Positions 1 through 13,301 of a stretch of 64,000 nucleotides of DNA are shown here, piece by piece. The DNA is taken from assembly GCF_000315625.1 (NCBI RefSeq), contig NW_005434648.1, forward strand, positions 676,236 through 740,235, in the 5' to 3' direction. Below the pieces are notes generated by a model. The model did no database searches, was not told the origin of the DNA, and worked only from the letters and a program-made list of their open reading frames with translations. Numbering within the stretch: the first letter of the stretch is position 1; each line of letters begins with the position of its first letter. The DNA is from Guillardia theta CCMP2712. Lineage: Eukaryota; Protista; Cryptophyta. Position numbers and translations under genes: made by a program.

Positions 1-159
1 GAGCAGTACGATGACTGGCATGACATGTGGGAGGAGGCCATGCAGGCCAAGGCCAACAACACTCTTGGAGGAACGATCGGAGCAGACAAGCTCGTCTCCA
101 TCCCAAAGGCTCAGCCAATGGTGACCGAGAGCGCCGTTCCTGTGGGGCGTATTGGATGA
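1..159 (+). CDS. 3' end of an unidentified gene (partial)
   Basis: Frame 1 reads EQYDDWHDMWEEAMQAKANNTLGGTIGADKLVSIPKAQPMVTESAVPVGRIG-stop (TGA 157-159), followed by an AT-rich 3'UTR-like stretch. Confidence 0.5.
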   Translation, partial: EQYDDWHDMWEEAMQAKANNTLGGTIGADKLVSIPKAQPMVTESAVPVGRIG

Positions 160-608
160 GTGTGATAACTGATAGCAACTAACTTGATTCTTGTTTTTGT
201 TCTCGTTGATCAGTGTTGAGCTGTTTTTTTGATGTACAAGATTGTGAATACTTATTTGGCATTAAAAGGAGAAAAAGGAGCAGAAGATTCTCGTTTCCAT
301 TATTTTTCATGTACATTCACAATTTATTAGACATTGTAATACTATTCTCAAGCCAATACAATTTTTGAATACCACTTCGTGTTTCTTCTGGGTTTGCTGT
401 TCTTCGAGTGATCAATATACATTAAAGAGTGAACCAAAACAGGTAATGAGCTCAAGCAGCACAAAAGATTAAGGTCAATTTCCAACATAGTGCTCACTTC
501 TGTCAGTCATAATATTGCCTGATGATATTGGTCAAGATGATATTGGTCAAGTCTCAAGTTATCTAACGAAAATGCGTAGAAACAATTAGAAAAAAGAGAA
601 AACTGATT

Positions 609-2057
609 CTAAAGAGTAGAAGCAGCTTTCTCCTTGCGCGTCTTGTCGACATCCTTCTCATATGTCCAGTACAGGAAAGAAAAACATGCAAGGGTGAGGA
701 TCCAGGGGGGGACGGAAGCTTGGAGAAGCGCTGTGGTGAGAGCATCCAGGTTGCTCACTCGCTCAGCCTTGCTGAGGTCGGAGATGGAGGTTCCCTTGGC
801 AGGAGATCTGTAACCGTACATCTCCGCTAGGAAGCCGACGACTGGTCCTCCGAGCACCGCAGCAACAGCACCGTTCAAGCAGTTGAGCAGAGCTGAAATT
901 CTGGCCCTGTTGTTGGGAGTGACTACCTCCAAGAGCACAACCTGGTTGCAAGCAACTCCCGCCCATGTCGCCGTGAGACCAAACAGAATGTTGAGCCAGG
1001 CGTAGGCCGAGAACGAGTCCGGGGTCTTGGGAACCTTGATGAAGATCCAAGAGATGAGAACGAGTCCGCTAAGGATCGAGACTTGAGCAGCAAGTGGACG
1101 ACCGCGGAATGGCGACCAAGACCTGGCAAGTACGTCTCCAACGATCCCTCCGACTATTCCTCCTACTCCGCTGGCAAAGATCTGCATGGTGATGAGAACT
1201 CCGGACGCGGCATTGGACATTCCGATGTATTGGAACCACATGGTCAGGAAGGACATTGCAGTCCATGGAATGCATCCAAACATTCCCTGTACAAGGATCA
1301 CAAGGAACGAAGGGATTGTGAAGTATGAGAACAGGAGCGTGAACTCCTTCCGAATCTCTGAGATGGCCCCTTGTGCCGACGTCGAGCTCTCATTCTCTTG
1401 CTCCTCGTTTCGGAATTCTGCCATGAAGAAAACAACGGCGACAGCCACGAGGATCGAAAGGCCCCCAACCCCGATGAAGGACGCCTGCCACCCATGGAGG
1501 TGGATGCTGCCCAACGAGAGCCTCTCCTCGGAGAAGCTCGTCAGCACTGTCGCACAGATCCCCTGCCCTAGAGCCATGCTGAACTGGAGCAGACCGAACA
1601 CAAGGCCGACCTGCTCAGGCTCCGTGATGTCTGCCACGAGAGACTGCGCTACTGGTCCCAAGGACGCAAGGGCTACTCCGTTGAGGCATCGGAGCAGGAG
1701 GATGATGTGAAGTTGTCCGATGCACCCCAACAGGATGGCAATGAGACCCCAACCCATGCATCCTGCCACGAGCACAAACTTCCTTGACATCCCTCGGTCT
1801 ACCAACGATGCCCAGACAGGGCCAGCAATGGACTGAAAGAACGCCTGAGCCATCGCAATCATTCCTAGCGATGCTGGAGTGAGTCCAAGGTTCGACTCGA
1901 GGACCTTGAACGAGGAAGGGAGGAGTTGGTTGCAAAGTCCCTGGATAGCTGTGACAAGGTAGAGCAAGCCTCGTGCAGCCCTGGCAGAACCTCCCCGTCG
2001 CTTCTGTAGAGCAGAGGCTTCTTTCATCTCCATTGCCTTGCTGGTAGAAGATGTCAT
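609..2057 (-). CDS. MFS transporter (spinster-like), intronless
   Basis: About 12 hydrophobic segments with MFS motifs (WASLVDRGMSRK, GGIVGDVLARSW..RGR). Likely true start is MTSSTSK at 2057; the upstream RE-repeat is translated microsatellite. Confidence 0.85.
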   Translation of the reverse strand: MTSSTSKAMEMKEASALQKRRGGSARAARGLLYLVTAIQGLCNQLLPSSFKVLESNLGLTPASLGMIAMAQAFFQSIAGPVWASLVDRGMSRKFVLVAGCMGWGLIAILLGCIGQLHIILLLRCLNGVALASLGPVAQSLVADITEPEQVGLVFGLLQFSMALGQGICATVLTSFSEERLSLGSIHLHGWQASFIGVGGLSILVAVAVVFFMAEFRNEEQENESSTSAQGAISEIRKEFTLLFSYFTIPSFLVILVQGMFGCIPWTAMSFLTMWFQYIGMSNAASGVLITMQIFASGVGGIVGGIVGDVLARSWSPFRGRPLAAQVSILSGLVLISWIFIKVPKTPDSFSAYAWLNILFGLTATWAGVACNQVVLLEVVTPNNRARISALLNCLNGAVAAVLGGPVVGFLAEMYGYRSPAKGTSISDLSKAERVSNLDALTTALLQASVPPWILTLACFSFLYWTYEKDVDKTRKEKAASTL

Positions 2058-2074
2058 CTTGTGACTTCCGTTTC

Positions 2075-2204
<130 letters not shown>

Positions 2205-2375
2205 ACAGTCCGAATTTCTGGAACACCCCTGACCCCCTCGCTTAATCCTACCCCACCCCTCTAATTGACTCATACGAAGACCTAAAGGGTACCGGTCATG
2301 GAGACAGAAAGACTCGATCATGGACACAGAAAGGGAGGGTACGATATCACGTCACCGTGACTGTCAGCTAGTACG

Positions 2376-5300
2376 ATGTCCCTCATGCTGCGGGCGCATC
2401 GCAAGCACGTGATGGTGGGGGTGCTGGTCAGCTTCATGAGCATGAGCGGGACTTCCTCCTCCTCTGCATCATCATCATCATCATCTTTCTCTCCAACAGC
2501 TTCTTCGCCTTCATCATCCTCCTCTTCTTTTCCTTCTCTTTCGCAACAACGTCAGTCAATATTCAATCCTCAGAAGTTTTCTGGACACCAGATAAGGATG
2601 GATAGATCGCTCAAAACCAGTCTGTTGCTCAGATCATTCAGCGGATACTCTGACAGAGTGAGAGGAGGTCGTGCACAAGAAGAGCTGGACGACGAGGAGG
2701 AGAGTTCAGAGAAAGAGCACGGGGCATGGCAGCAGCAAGAAGATAAGAATTTAAATTATTTCAAGGAAGTAAAAGAGAGTTTCTCGTTCCCGTCCATGGA
2801 GGAAGAAGTATTGAAGGTGAGCAATGTCTTGTACCTCTTTCATGCTTCTCCGATGAATCTTCCTTCAGTTCTGGGAGGACATCGATGCGTTCAACCTGAG
2901 CTTGCAGAAAGCCAGAGAGAGTAATGATGAAAGGTGGGTGTTCTTCGACGGGCCCCCGTTCGCTACAGGGATGCCGCACTACGGCCACATCCTGGCTGGA
3001 ACGATCAAGGACATCGTCACTCGCTTCTGGTCGCAAAATGGCAAACTCGTGGAGAGGAAATGGGGATGGGACTGCCATGGACTTCCGATAGAGCATGAGA
3101 TCGAGAAAAGTTTGGGGCTCAAGTCCAGGTGTGAGATATTGGAGATGGGCATCCCAAAGTTCAATCAAGAGTGCCGCAAAGTTGTGATGAGATACTCGCA
3201 AGAGTGGAAGCGAATCGTGAAGCGACTTGCGAGGTGGATCGATATGGAGAATGACTACAAGACTTTGGATTTCAAGTACATGGAGAGTGTGTGGTGGGCG
3301 TGCAAGGAGCTGTTCAAGAAGGGTCTGATCTATCGAGGCTTCAAAGTCATGCCTTATTCCACGGGGTGTGGCACATCGTTGTCTAACTTTGAAGCAAACC
3401 TCAACTACAAAGATATCACTGACCCTGCAGTGGTGGTGAGATTTGCGAAAATTCTTGTTGCTTGCTCGCCTGCTCAATTCCTTGCTGGTTCTGACATTCT
3501 TCGATCATGAATTTAGGTAAGTTTTCCTCTGATGGATGACACGGATGTATCTCTATTGATATGGACGACTACCCCATGGACACTTCCATTCAATCTCGCA
3601 ATCTGTGCAAACCCTGACCTGGAGTATGTGGAGATTGAAGACAAGAAGATGAAGAACAGGTTGTTGATGAGTATCCTTACAATGGTAACGAGACAACAGG
3701 TACATTCTTGCAAAATCAAGACTCGCACAGCTGTATGGGAAGGTATGATAGCTTGTGTTTTGATCAATGATTTGAAGTATTCAAAACAGCAAGTTGAAAA
3801 CTCCTGTAAAATCCTAAGGAGCTTTCCCGGCAAAGAGCTTGAGGTAGCAACACAATAATGGCTTGCTGCATTTACATCTTTCTTCCGCCCCGTCTGCTTT
3901 CTGCTGCCTGTCCTTCTGAAGTTTTAACAGGGCAAAGAATATATTCCAGCATTTGAGTGCATGAGGGAAGTAAGTTGTATGAAAATTCGGAGTATTTTCA
4001 ACTGAGCCTTTTGCAGTCATTCAAATCATCGGGATTTCGTGTTGTCACGGACACGTTTGTGAGCTCTGACAGCGGAACAGGACTTGTGCATACTGCTCCA
4101 GGTAAAATTCTTTCACCCTCAGTGTAGATTAGCTGGACGATGATGAGGCTGGGAAGAAATAATGTTTGATGTAGGTTTCGGTGAAGATGATTTTCGAGTT
4201 TGTCTGGAGAAAGGGGTCGTGTCCAAGAGCGACACATCGATCTGCCCTGTAGATGACGATGGGAGGTGAGCAGCGGAAGTCTCGAGGTGGTCTCAGTTTC
4301 GAATATTTATCTTGGATGTGACGTTCAGATACACTGCGGTGATGGAGACGTTTCAAGGTCGATTTGTCAAAGATTGCGACAAAGATATCATTCAGCATCT
4401 CAGGTTGCCTTCTTGCACTGTTTGCAAGCACTCCGTGATCATGTTTCTCAAGGGATGCGGGGAGACTGGTTCAAACCAACTCGATTGTGCACTCTTATCC
4501 ATTTTGTTGGCGATCAGATACACCGCTGATTTACAAGGTTTGCAAATGAAATGTAAGTGTCCCTCTGAATTCATCTTCAGGCTGTACCGAACTGGTTCGT
4601 CAATGTTGAGTAAGTTTACATTTGACTACTAGGCACATGCCATGTTTCATATCTATTTATGTTCATACTTCATTTAGATGACCATATTTCATTTATTTCA
4701 ACACGTTGTGTGTGTGTCCTGTATCATACCATGCTTCATATGAATAACATCGTTTCCGCGAGATTGGGTTTGTAATGACGCTATAGATCCATCAAAGACA
4801 AGCTGTTGGCAAACAATGCCAAGACAGAATGGGTTCCATCGTTTGTAAAAGAGAAGAGATTTCATAACTGGTATTTCCTACGTAATCCACTCAACCTGCT
4901 AAATTCCAATCCTGCCATTCCTTCTCTCTGTTCTGCTGAAGTTTCTTCTCAAAGTTCTCACAATTCAACTGCTCCTGCTCCTGCATCTTATTCTTCCTCT
5001 TGTTCCAAATGCCCAGGCTTGAAGCAGCTCGTGATTGGGCCATCTCAAGAAACAGATTCTGGGGGACTCCCTTACCCATCTGGTATTCGTCTTTCTCTCC
5101 TGTTGTCTACCTTTCTCTGATCTGCTCTCCCTCTCTTTCACCCCCTGAGGATTGAGGGTCGCGCAGGCACAGCGAGGACTGGGAAGAAATTGTGTGTGTA
5201 GGGTCAGCCGAGGAACTTCAACGGCTGTCAAACGTGTCCCTGTCTGACCTCCACAGAGAGTTCGTGGATGAAGTCACTATCCCTTCATCTCGTCCAGGAC

Positions 5301-8237
5301 AGGTAGGAGGAGGGCGGGGAGGAGGAGGCGAAGGGAAAGGAGGAGCAAGGGGGGAGGGGGAGGGGGCTGATAAAGTTGACGACGCACAACAGGCACCTCT
5401 AAGGAGAGTGTCTGAAGTGTTTGACTGCTGGTTTGAAAGTGGTTGCATGCCGTATGGACAACTACACTACCCGTTTGAGAACGTTGAGGTACCAGGAGGA
5501 GCAATCAGAGTTTCATCTTGAACTTGTTGTCAAGCTCTTTGAACAAACCTTTCCTGCCGACTTCATTGCTGAAGGATTGGACCAAACACGCGGATGGTTC
5601 TACACGCTCATGGTGTTGAGGTGTGTGCAATGTGATTCGGAAGATATTTTGCGTTGGATGATGGTGGGGGAAGCGATGAGGAGAAATGAGACGTGTTGAC
5701 ATGCTGTTGGAGATTTCGTAGAGCCATGAGATGACATTGGGAATCGCAAGGATGTTGATTGAGTTGAAATATACTAGAGAGATTTTGATGAACGTGGCAT
5801 GACGTTTATATCGGCAGTACCGCACTATTTGACAAGCCAGCCTTCAAGAACGTCATTGTCAATGGACTTGTGCTTGCAGCAGATGGGAAGAAAATGAGCA
5901 AAAGGTGGGAAGAAAGCATTATTTGATGTTGGGCATGTATGGAAGGCTCCAAGCAAAAGATAGTTTCGAATGAGGAGGCAGTCCAGATGCTTATGATTGA
6001 TTGGATTCTGCAGATTGAAAAACTATCCTGATCCTGAAGATGTTATCAACAAATATGGCGCCGATGCTCTCAGATTGTATCTGATCAATTCTCCGGTTGT
6101 ACGATCAGGTGAGAGCGAAACAAGTCAAGAGGGGGAAGACGTTGAAGGTTCGAACAGAGTCGCTCAAGTTCAAAGAGGAAGGAGTGAGAGATATCATCAA
6201 AGATGTCTTTCTGCCATGGTACAATGCATACAGGTGAAGGAGATTGGATCAAGATTATGTTTGCGATAATTGTACATGAGATGAGGATGATGATGATGAC
6301 GACGACGACAAAAAGAGTTCTGTGTTTGTTGAATCGCTTTTCAGATTTCTTGTTCAACAAGCCCGAGCAACATATCACAAGACTCAACAAAAGATTCATG
6401 TCTCGCATCAAGAATACGTTGAGAGCAGGTCTTGTTGTTCCTATCACACTCTGTCTGCTGACTTGCTTCAACAGCAATGTTATGGACAAGTGGATTCAAT
6501 CAACCTGCAATTCTCTTGTTGCTTTTGTCACAGAGGTGATAATAGAAAAATGAGGATGAAGGGAGGAGGGAGAGGCGAATTTTACCATCACGATGATTCT
6601 TTTTTCGTATTGTCTGCACCCAGGAAATGAAAGCTTACAGACTGTATAATGTCGTATCAAGGCTTCTTCTTTTTGTTGAAGATCTTACAAACTGGTGAGT
6701 TTCCATTGCTCATTTTTAAGTGAATCAACAGTCGTTTGTCAGGTATGTTCGCATGAATCGTAACAGAATCAAAGGGGCTGGAAACGATGCACAAGATTGT
6801 CTGATTGCACAATCAACTTTGTTCAAGGTCAATCGTTTTGATCTTGTCTCCTCGTGGTTAAGTTTTCCTTCAGGTCTTGTCAACATTTACACAACTCATG
6901 GCACCATTCACCCCTTACATATCTGAACATGTTTGCAACATCTTTCACCATCAAAGTTTCTCATGAGCTTTCAGATCTATCAAAACTTGAAGAGTGCCAT
7001 GTCAGAAGAGGTTCGATTGCAGAGCATTCACTTTTCGCGGTATCCACAAACCACGAGTGGAGCAGAAAACAAGGTGAGACAAGAAGAACAAACATGCTGC
7101 TTGGCTTATTTCTGCATTCCTCCATCGAGTTGTGTTCAACTTGTTGATAAGAATGGGACTGACTCGATCATCAAGACTTTGGAAACGAGCATTTTGTACA
7201 TGCAGAAGATTATCATTGCTGGCCGGACAGTGAGAGACAAACGTCAGGTGGAGCAGCTTACTCCTTGTTTGCTCGCTGAACTGAGCTTGCAGATAAGTTT
7301 GAAGACTCCTCTTCGCTCCGCGCACGTCTGTCTCCTCCTCCATCAGTTCCGTCTGACATGTTGCAGTTGATTGTAGCCGACCAAGAGCAGGAGACATTCG
7401 TAGCTCCTCTCAAGAGGTCGAAAGGAGGAGGGAGGAGGAGGAGGAGGAGGGAACAAGATTGCAGTAACGCCCTAGCTCAGTTACATCCTGTCGGAACTCA
7501 ACTTGCGTGATCTTACGATCAGTCGGGAGGATGATGACAAGACCTGTCTTAAGGGTGAGGGAGCATGCCAGTGGTGTTGGGTCATTTCGCTCTTCAGCCC
7601 TGCCCGACTCGAAGGTCCTGGGGAAGCGACTTGGCAGCAAGTTCCGTCAAGTAGCAGAAGCGATCAAGTCGATGAAGTCGGAGGAGGTGAGAGAGAAAGA
7701 AAACATGGGAGGGAGCGAGGGAGCAAGGAGGAGAAAGAGGACAATGCTGGATTATGTCAAAGAGGAAGCAGGCGGAAGAGGGAGGGAGGGAGATGGGAGA
7801 TGGGAGGAGAAGAGAGGATGCAGGAGGTAGCATGGAGAGGGAACATGACAGTGATCTGACCATGGCGATCAGCTTATGAGACTGAAGAGGGAGCAAAAGA
7901 TTGAAGTCTGCGGTGAGACGATCATGCTGGAGGAAGTGAAAATCTTTCGCGAATTCGTGGGGAAGGAGAACAAGTTTGAGGTGAAGACAACAACCGGCCG
8001 CTCCCGTGCTCAGCTGTTGCTGCCAGGCTTCGAGTGTGGAGGAGATGGAAGGCTGTCTGATCATCGTTGATGTGATCATCATCTCTCCTCTTCTTCCTTC
8101 CTTCTCTTAGTGCTGCCCTGTTCCTCCTCATGTCATCCCTTTCCTTCTCTCTCTCTGTCATCGCTCTAGTCCCATCACCCCATGTCCTCATCCTTCTCCC
8201 CTTCACCCTTCATATTCCTCCTCCTCCTTCCCTCTTG

Positions 8238-8270
<33 letters not shown>

Positions 8271-8966
8271 TCTCCTTGCTACCTCCCTCCACATGCCTTT
8301 CCGCCTAAAGTTTCCTTCAGACGACGGTTGACGAAGAAGCGCTCGAAGAATCGTTTGCAAGGAATTTCATATGTCACGTTCAGAAGCTCAAAAAAACTTC
8401 ACAAGTAAGCAGCTGCTAACAAAGTTCTCTGCTCCTCACTCGAGGAAAGTTGTAGCAACATGATTCGCTCACTCAATATCTTCCGCTTCCTCTTACTCTC
8501 TTGACAGGTTGTTCCTGGAGACTCAATCTCCGTCGGGTTTGAGATCCTTGAAGGCGACGCAGAGGTCCCTTCCTTCCTCCTTCCTCCTTCCTTCCTCCCC
8601 TCCTCAGTCTCGCTTCTCCTCTAGCTGCTTCTCCCCTCCTCCTTCCTTTAGTTTGTATCTCGTGCTGCCTTTCAGTCACTATTCGAATCCTTCGCTTCCC
8701 ACTCCTCTTAGCTTCGAGCAGACAACCAGCAGCGTGTTGCAGCTGCTCGACAGGCGGGAGGAAACGATCACTGCGGGGGTAGGGAGCAAACTCTACGACT
8801 TGAAGTCCACGGAGATGCAGGGAGAACAAGTATACCCTCCCTTCATCGTCCCACACCACTAATGCCACTGTGTCCTCCTCCTCCTCCTCCTCCTGATCCT
8901 GATCCTGCTCCTCCAACTCACTTTCACGCTCAGGCCGGGTCTACTGAGGAGACTCTAAGGTACTAA
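2376..8966 (+). CDS. IARS: Isoleucyl-tRNA synthetase, eukaryote-cytosolic type, multi-exon, with an N-terminal targeting-like extension
   Basis: [16 protein letters not shown] (HIGH motif), [60 protein letters not shown] at ~5890, [10 protein letters not shown]. The 3' end is either 8862 or, with a final intron 8830-8933, 8966. Confidence 0.93.
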
Positions 8967-9186
8967 GCGCGCGAGCTCTTCTTGTCCGTGACTGGCTGGC
9001 AGCTTGAGCAAGGGCTCGATCCGCGTCCGGCTGGTGATAAACCGACTTTCCTCCCTCGAAATGTGAGGGGCAGAGGACGAGGAAAACAGCAAGTGAGAGG
9101 ACAAGGACGTGGGTGAAGGATGGTTGGAAGGTAGAAGAGGAGGAAGGGAGGAGCAGGAGCAAGGCGAGAGGAGTTAGCCAAGGAGA

Positions 9187-9222
<36 letters not shown>

Positions 9223-12200
9223 GAAGGAGATTAAACAAGCAGAGCTGTTGTTTGTTGTCTTCATTGTGCAGAAGCTTCTTGTTGGAGCGATACGGAGAGC
9301 CCACGAGCCAACGCCAGCCGGATCGACTCCATTCGCATCCTCTCGGCCTCACTGCGTTTCCTCCTGCGTCTTCGTCACTGTCGATAGCACAGAGGAGGAG
9401 GAGGAGGCACCTGTCGGCCTTGAACGACGACTCGACGTCCTGCAGCGCCTGCATCCTGGTCAACCCGGAGGAGGAGGGAGGGAGGCTAAGAGACCTGGAG
9501 GCAAAGAAACATGTCGGAGGAGGAGAAGAGCGATGGTATGCCGCTCTCGATGAGGGGGATGGAGTAGGACAGCAGCTCAGGCCAGAATCGTCTGCTCCCC
9601 CCTTGTCACCACCAGCAGAAAACTCTCGTCATCCCCAGCAGGGACCCTTCACTCACCTCGGAGCTGCTCGTCGCGTTTCCCCTCCCCGGCTTTCGTCCAG
9701 CAGCTCCAGCAGCAACTTCGCGGCCTCCCTTCCTGCCTGCACCAGCGTCGCCCCGCTCGGGTTCTTCGCGCTCTGAGATTGAGGTTTACAGCACGAACGG
9801 CAGGAAGAGGAACAGATGAAGGAAGGGCAGGGCTAGAAGACGCGGATGGTGATAAGGAGGGGAAGGTCGAGTAAGGAAGAGAAGGAGGAGGGTGGAGGGT
9901 GGAGGAGGAGGGGGAAGTATGAGGGAGGAGGGAGGAGGGAGGAGGAGGAAGGAGGAAGGGGGAGGAAGGAGGAGTGTTCTAACCCGCAGGCTCTGCCTGT
10001 CTTTGAGGCTCAGGTCGCTGACTGTCGCCATCAGTTCTCTCATCCTCGAGTAAGTCCTGATGAGCTGAACTTCGCTGGGAATGTCTTCTCCTCTTGTCTC
10101 CTCCACATACTGCAACAGCGTCAAACATCTCCCACATGCACTACTACCCTCCCTCTCTTCTCCCTCTCTTCTCCCTCTCTTCTCCCTCTCTTTTCTCCGT
10201 CCTCTCCCTCTTCTCTTTCCCGGTGCTCTCGTTCACCTGTAGGATTGGCTGCATGCGGTACAGGCTGTCATCAACACCCTGCACGAAGGAATGCAAACTC
10301 TGACACATTGACGTCAAAATCGTCTCAGCCCTCACTTCCTGCCCACTACGCCTCCCTCTTCCCTCCTCTTTCCCTCTCTTCCTCCCCCCCCGCTTCCTTC
10401 TTCAATCCTCCTTTCCCCCTCCTCTTCTGATCTTCCTCCTTCCTCCTCTCTTCTTCTTCCATCTCCTGCTCTCTCCCTCCCTCTGTTTCTTCATCTGCCT
10501 CACCTGGCTCGCGAGGGTGGCGACAAGCTTGGACTCAGCACGAGCGAGCCAGTACAAACTCGCTGCCTCGTGGCCCCTCGCGTAGAGTCTCAACCCCCAC
10601 GCACATTGAATCTCACTTGCCGTCTTGACGATCAACTGAGCGAGAGATCAGGCACAAGGAACAAGTGGGGATGAGCAAGCAAGACGAGAGGAGAGAAGAG
10701 AAGAGCCGAGAAAGGAAGGGAAGGGGTGGGTCAAGGGAAGGTGAGGGGAAGGCAGGGGAAGGGGAAGGGAAGGTGAGGGGAAGGGAAGGGAATATCAGGG
10801 AACAAGTCTGACGTCACCTCTGAATCATCCCATAGATGGCTCCCATGAATGTCTCGCACGTACTCCGGGCAGCATTGCAGCAGATGCCGGCATTTGATGT
10901 CACTATCGATGTGCTGACGAGAGATGATGAGGTGGGCGAGGTGGAGCATCTCCTGCCTTCGCACCCTCCATCGTTCTCTCGCTTCCACTGAAGTTGACTC
11001 GTCAACCATCGCATCGCTCTCCACCACTCCCTTCACGTATGCCATGGCAACTTGCCACATGTTGTTTGACGACATCAGGATATCGATGTAGTTGCAGATG
11101 GCGTAAGTTCTCATGTTGGAGGCAAACAACTGACTGAACGGAAGGTATTTCCCTCGATACAAGACATCGGCAAGGTGGGCCGAACTCCACCAGTCCTTCA
11201 AGTCTGTAAAGAAGTGCTGTACTGCACCTTGCATGTCCAGACGAAGTAGATCTTTGATCACTGACTCCTCGTCTTCCGGTTTTCGAACAAACTGCCCGTG
11301 GACAGTCAACGCGTCGTCGGCATACGATGCCAAGTCTGCAACTCCGAGAACAGTCTCAGACCTTCCAAACAACATCCTCGTCACCACGATCTGCAACCAG
11401 CTGTATGCGTGCGCAGAGATCTCATCTTCGCTCCCCTTCATGATCTTCACCATCGTCGCCATCTTCTGGCAGATAGGAGATGCTCCTCTCTGCACCAGTT
11501 TGTCGAGGTAAGTCCATTCCTTCCTTGTCGTCCAGACTCGCCAGTACGAGTCAATGGCAACGTTGTTATCAACCATGTTCTCAAGCTCGAAGAGCGAGAC
11601 CTCTCCACCTTCCCCTCCTCCGACAAGCAGCGAGAGCATAACCTCCACCATCTCCACTCCATCCTCTCCACACTGATGGGCGAACGGGCCATCCCTACCG
11701 ATGAGCGACAACATCTCCACGGCCTGATCGATGTACACGTGCATAACGAAATGAAACAGAGCTCGCCACCAGTCATCGTTTGCCCTGTATGAGGCTCCGT
11801 CTGTAAGGAAGGGCTGAGACGACCCTCCTTGGAAGAGATCCGACGGGTTGTGCTCCTGCATCCAGTGCACCAGGTCGAAGGGAAGATCAGCATTCATGTT
11901 GGCTGGTCGCGGAGAAAGATGTTTGATGATAATGTGTGCAAGGTGCCAGGCCTGATGCCCGCGGTAGAGCCGGGACAGCATGTCTTTCGCCAGAGCCGCG
12001 TCACCTTCTTGGAGGTTCTCAACGTTCTCCACCATGCGGGTGAGGAGGGTGCAGTAGAGCTCCTTGTACTCGTTGATTTCATCGGCCAGCAGCATCCGCC
12101 TCGCATCCAAGTTCGCGTCATTCATCCCCACCGAGAGAGCTCTGGAGATGCTCTGTGACCAGACATTCTGCGCCTCTGAGTAGAACATCTGCAATGGCGC

Positions 12201-12716
12201 CTGCACGAAGTTGCGATTCTTCCACAGGCTCCATGGCAGGTTGAGTCTGATCCAACTGAGATCCGCTCCTCTCGAGACAGCCCTCCTCCGTTCATCGGGG
12301 GAAGCAGTCTCGCTGACGCCCTGAGGAATTTGACCCGATGTCACCACCAGATCATCGCCTGGCCCCCATGAGAAGAGGGTGACCTTCGCCATCCTCCCAG
12401 TGCCGCTCAACCTGCAAACGTTTCGTTCGTATGAGTCCTTGCACTGCAGTTGTTACACATGACCGACAACCACTACGTAACATTCAAGCATCAACATTAG
12501 CATTGACCTCCCTGAATCCTTCTAAGTGTTCATATCAAGGTTGATTCTTCTTCATCCTTGCCCTAGCTATCCAGCCCACGCACTACCTCGCTCATCCAAG
12601 TTAATCCATCGATTCCACCATCTCATTTCATTCGACCATCACTTGCATTCATGCCCCTACTTCTTCCCATTGATGAGATGTCACTCTCCTGCTTGCTTGC
12701 CTATCTCTCTCTCCTG

Positions 12717-12763
<47 letters not shown>

Positions 12764-12861
12764 TCTCCTCCTCCTCTCCCTCCCTCCCTCCCTCCCTCCC
12801 TCCCTCCCTCCCTCTGCTCTTCCCCTTTCTCTCCCCCTTCCGCCTCGCGTGCCGCCGCCAT
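8941..12861 (-). CDS. NUP85: Nucleoporin Nup85-like, multi-exon
   Basis: Large exon with FSWGPG, LVHWMQEH, SWLQIVVTRMLF, WWSSAHLADVL, MRTYAICNYIDILMSSNNMWQVAMAY, which match Nup85 features. Start and terminal exons are approximate. Confidence 0.75.
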
Positions 12862-13301
12862 GATCCTTCTCCCTCGTTACAGCCGTTATCCTACCGTTCC
12901 AAACGTTACGATCTCACCTCATCCCCCCTCATTCCTGTTGTTCCCGCCAAATCAGATGGATGAACGACAAATCAACAGTTTTACAAGACTCAATCTTTCT
13001 TACATATGACCCGTTCATCTTCCTTGGAGATGTAAATTTTTATTGGTAGGGTACTCCATCGTTCCGCCAGCTCAGAGGGGCTAAGGGACATGGCGCGGAG
13101 GAAACAACGGTAAGGGCGAAGATAATTGCAGGAGGCAGAGGAGAGGAGAGCAGAGGAGAAGAGATGGACAGAGTTGTCATGACAGAAGAAGACAAGGCAC
13201 ATGTATCAATCTGATTGATTCGTTTTCAGGAGCCATACACTGTGATACAAGTTTCTCTCATCCGGATTCACTCAAATTTCTGACGGATCTATAAGAGAAA
13301 G

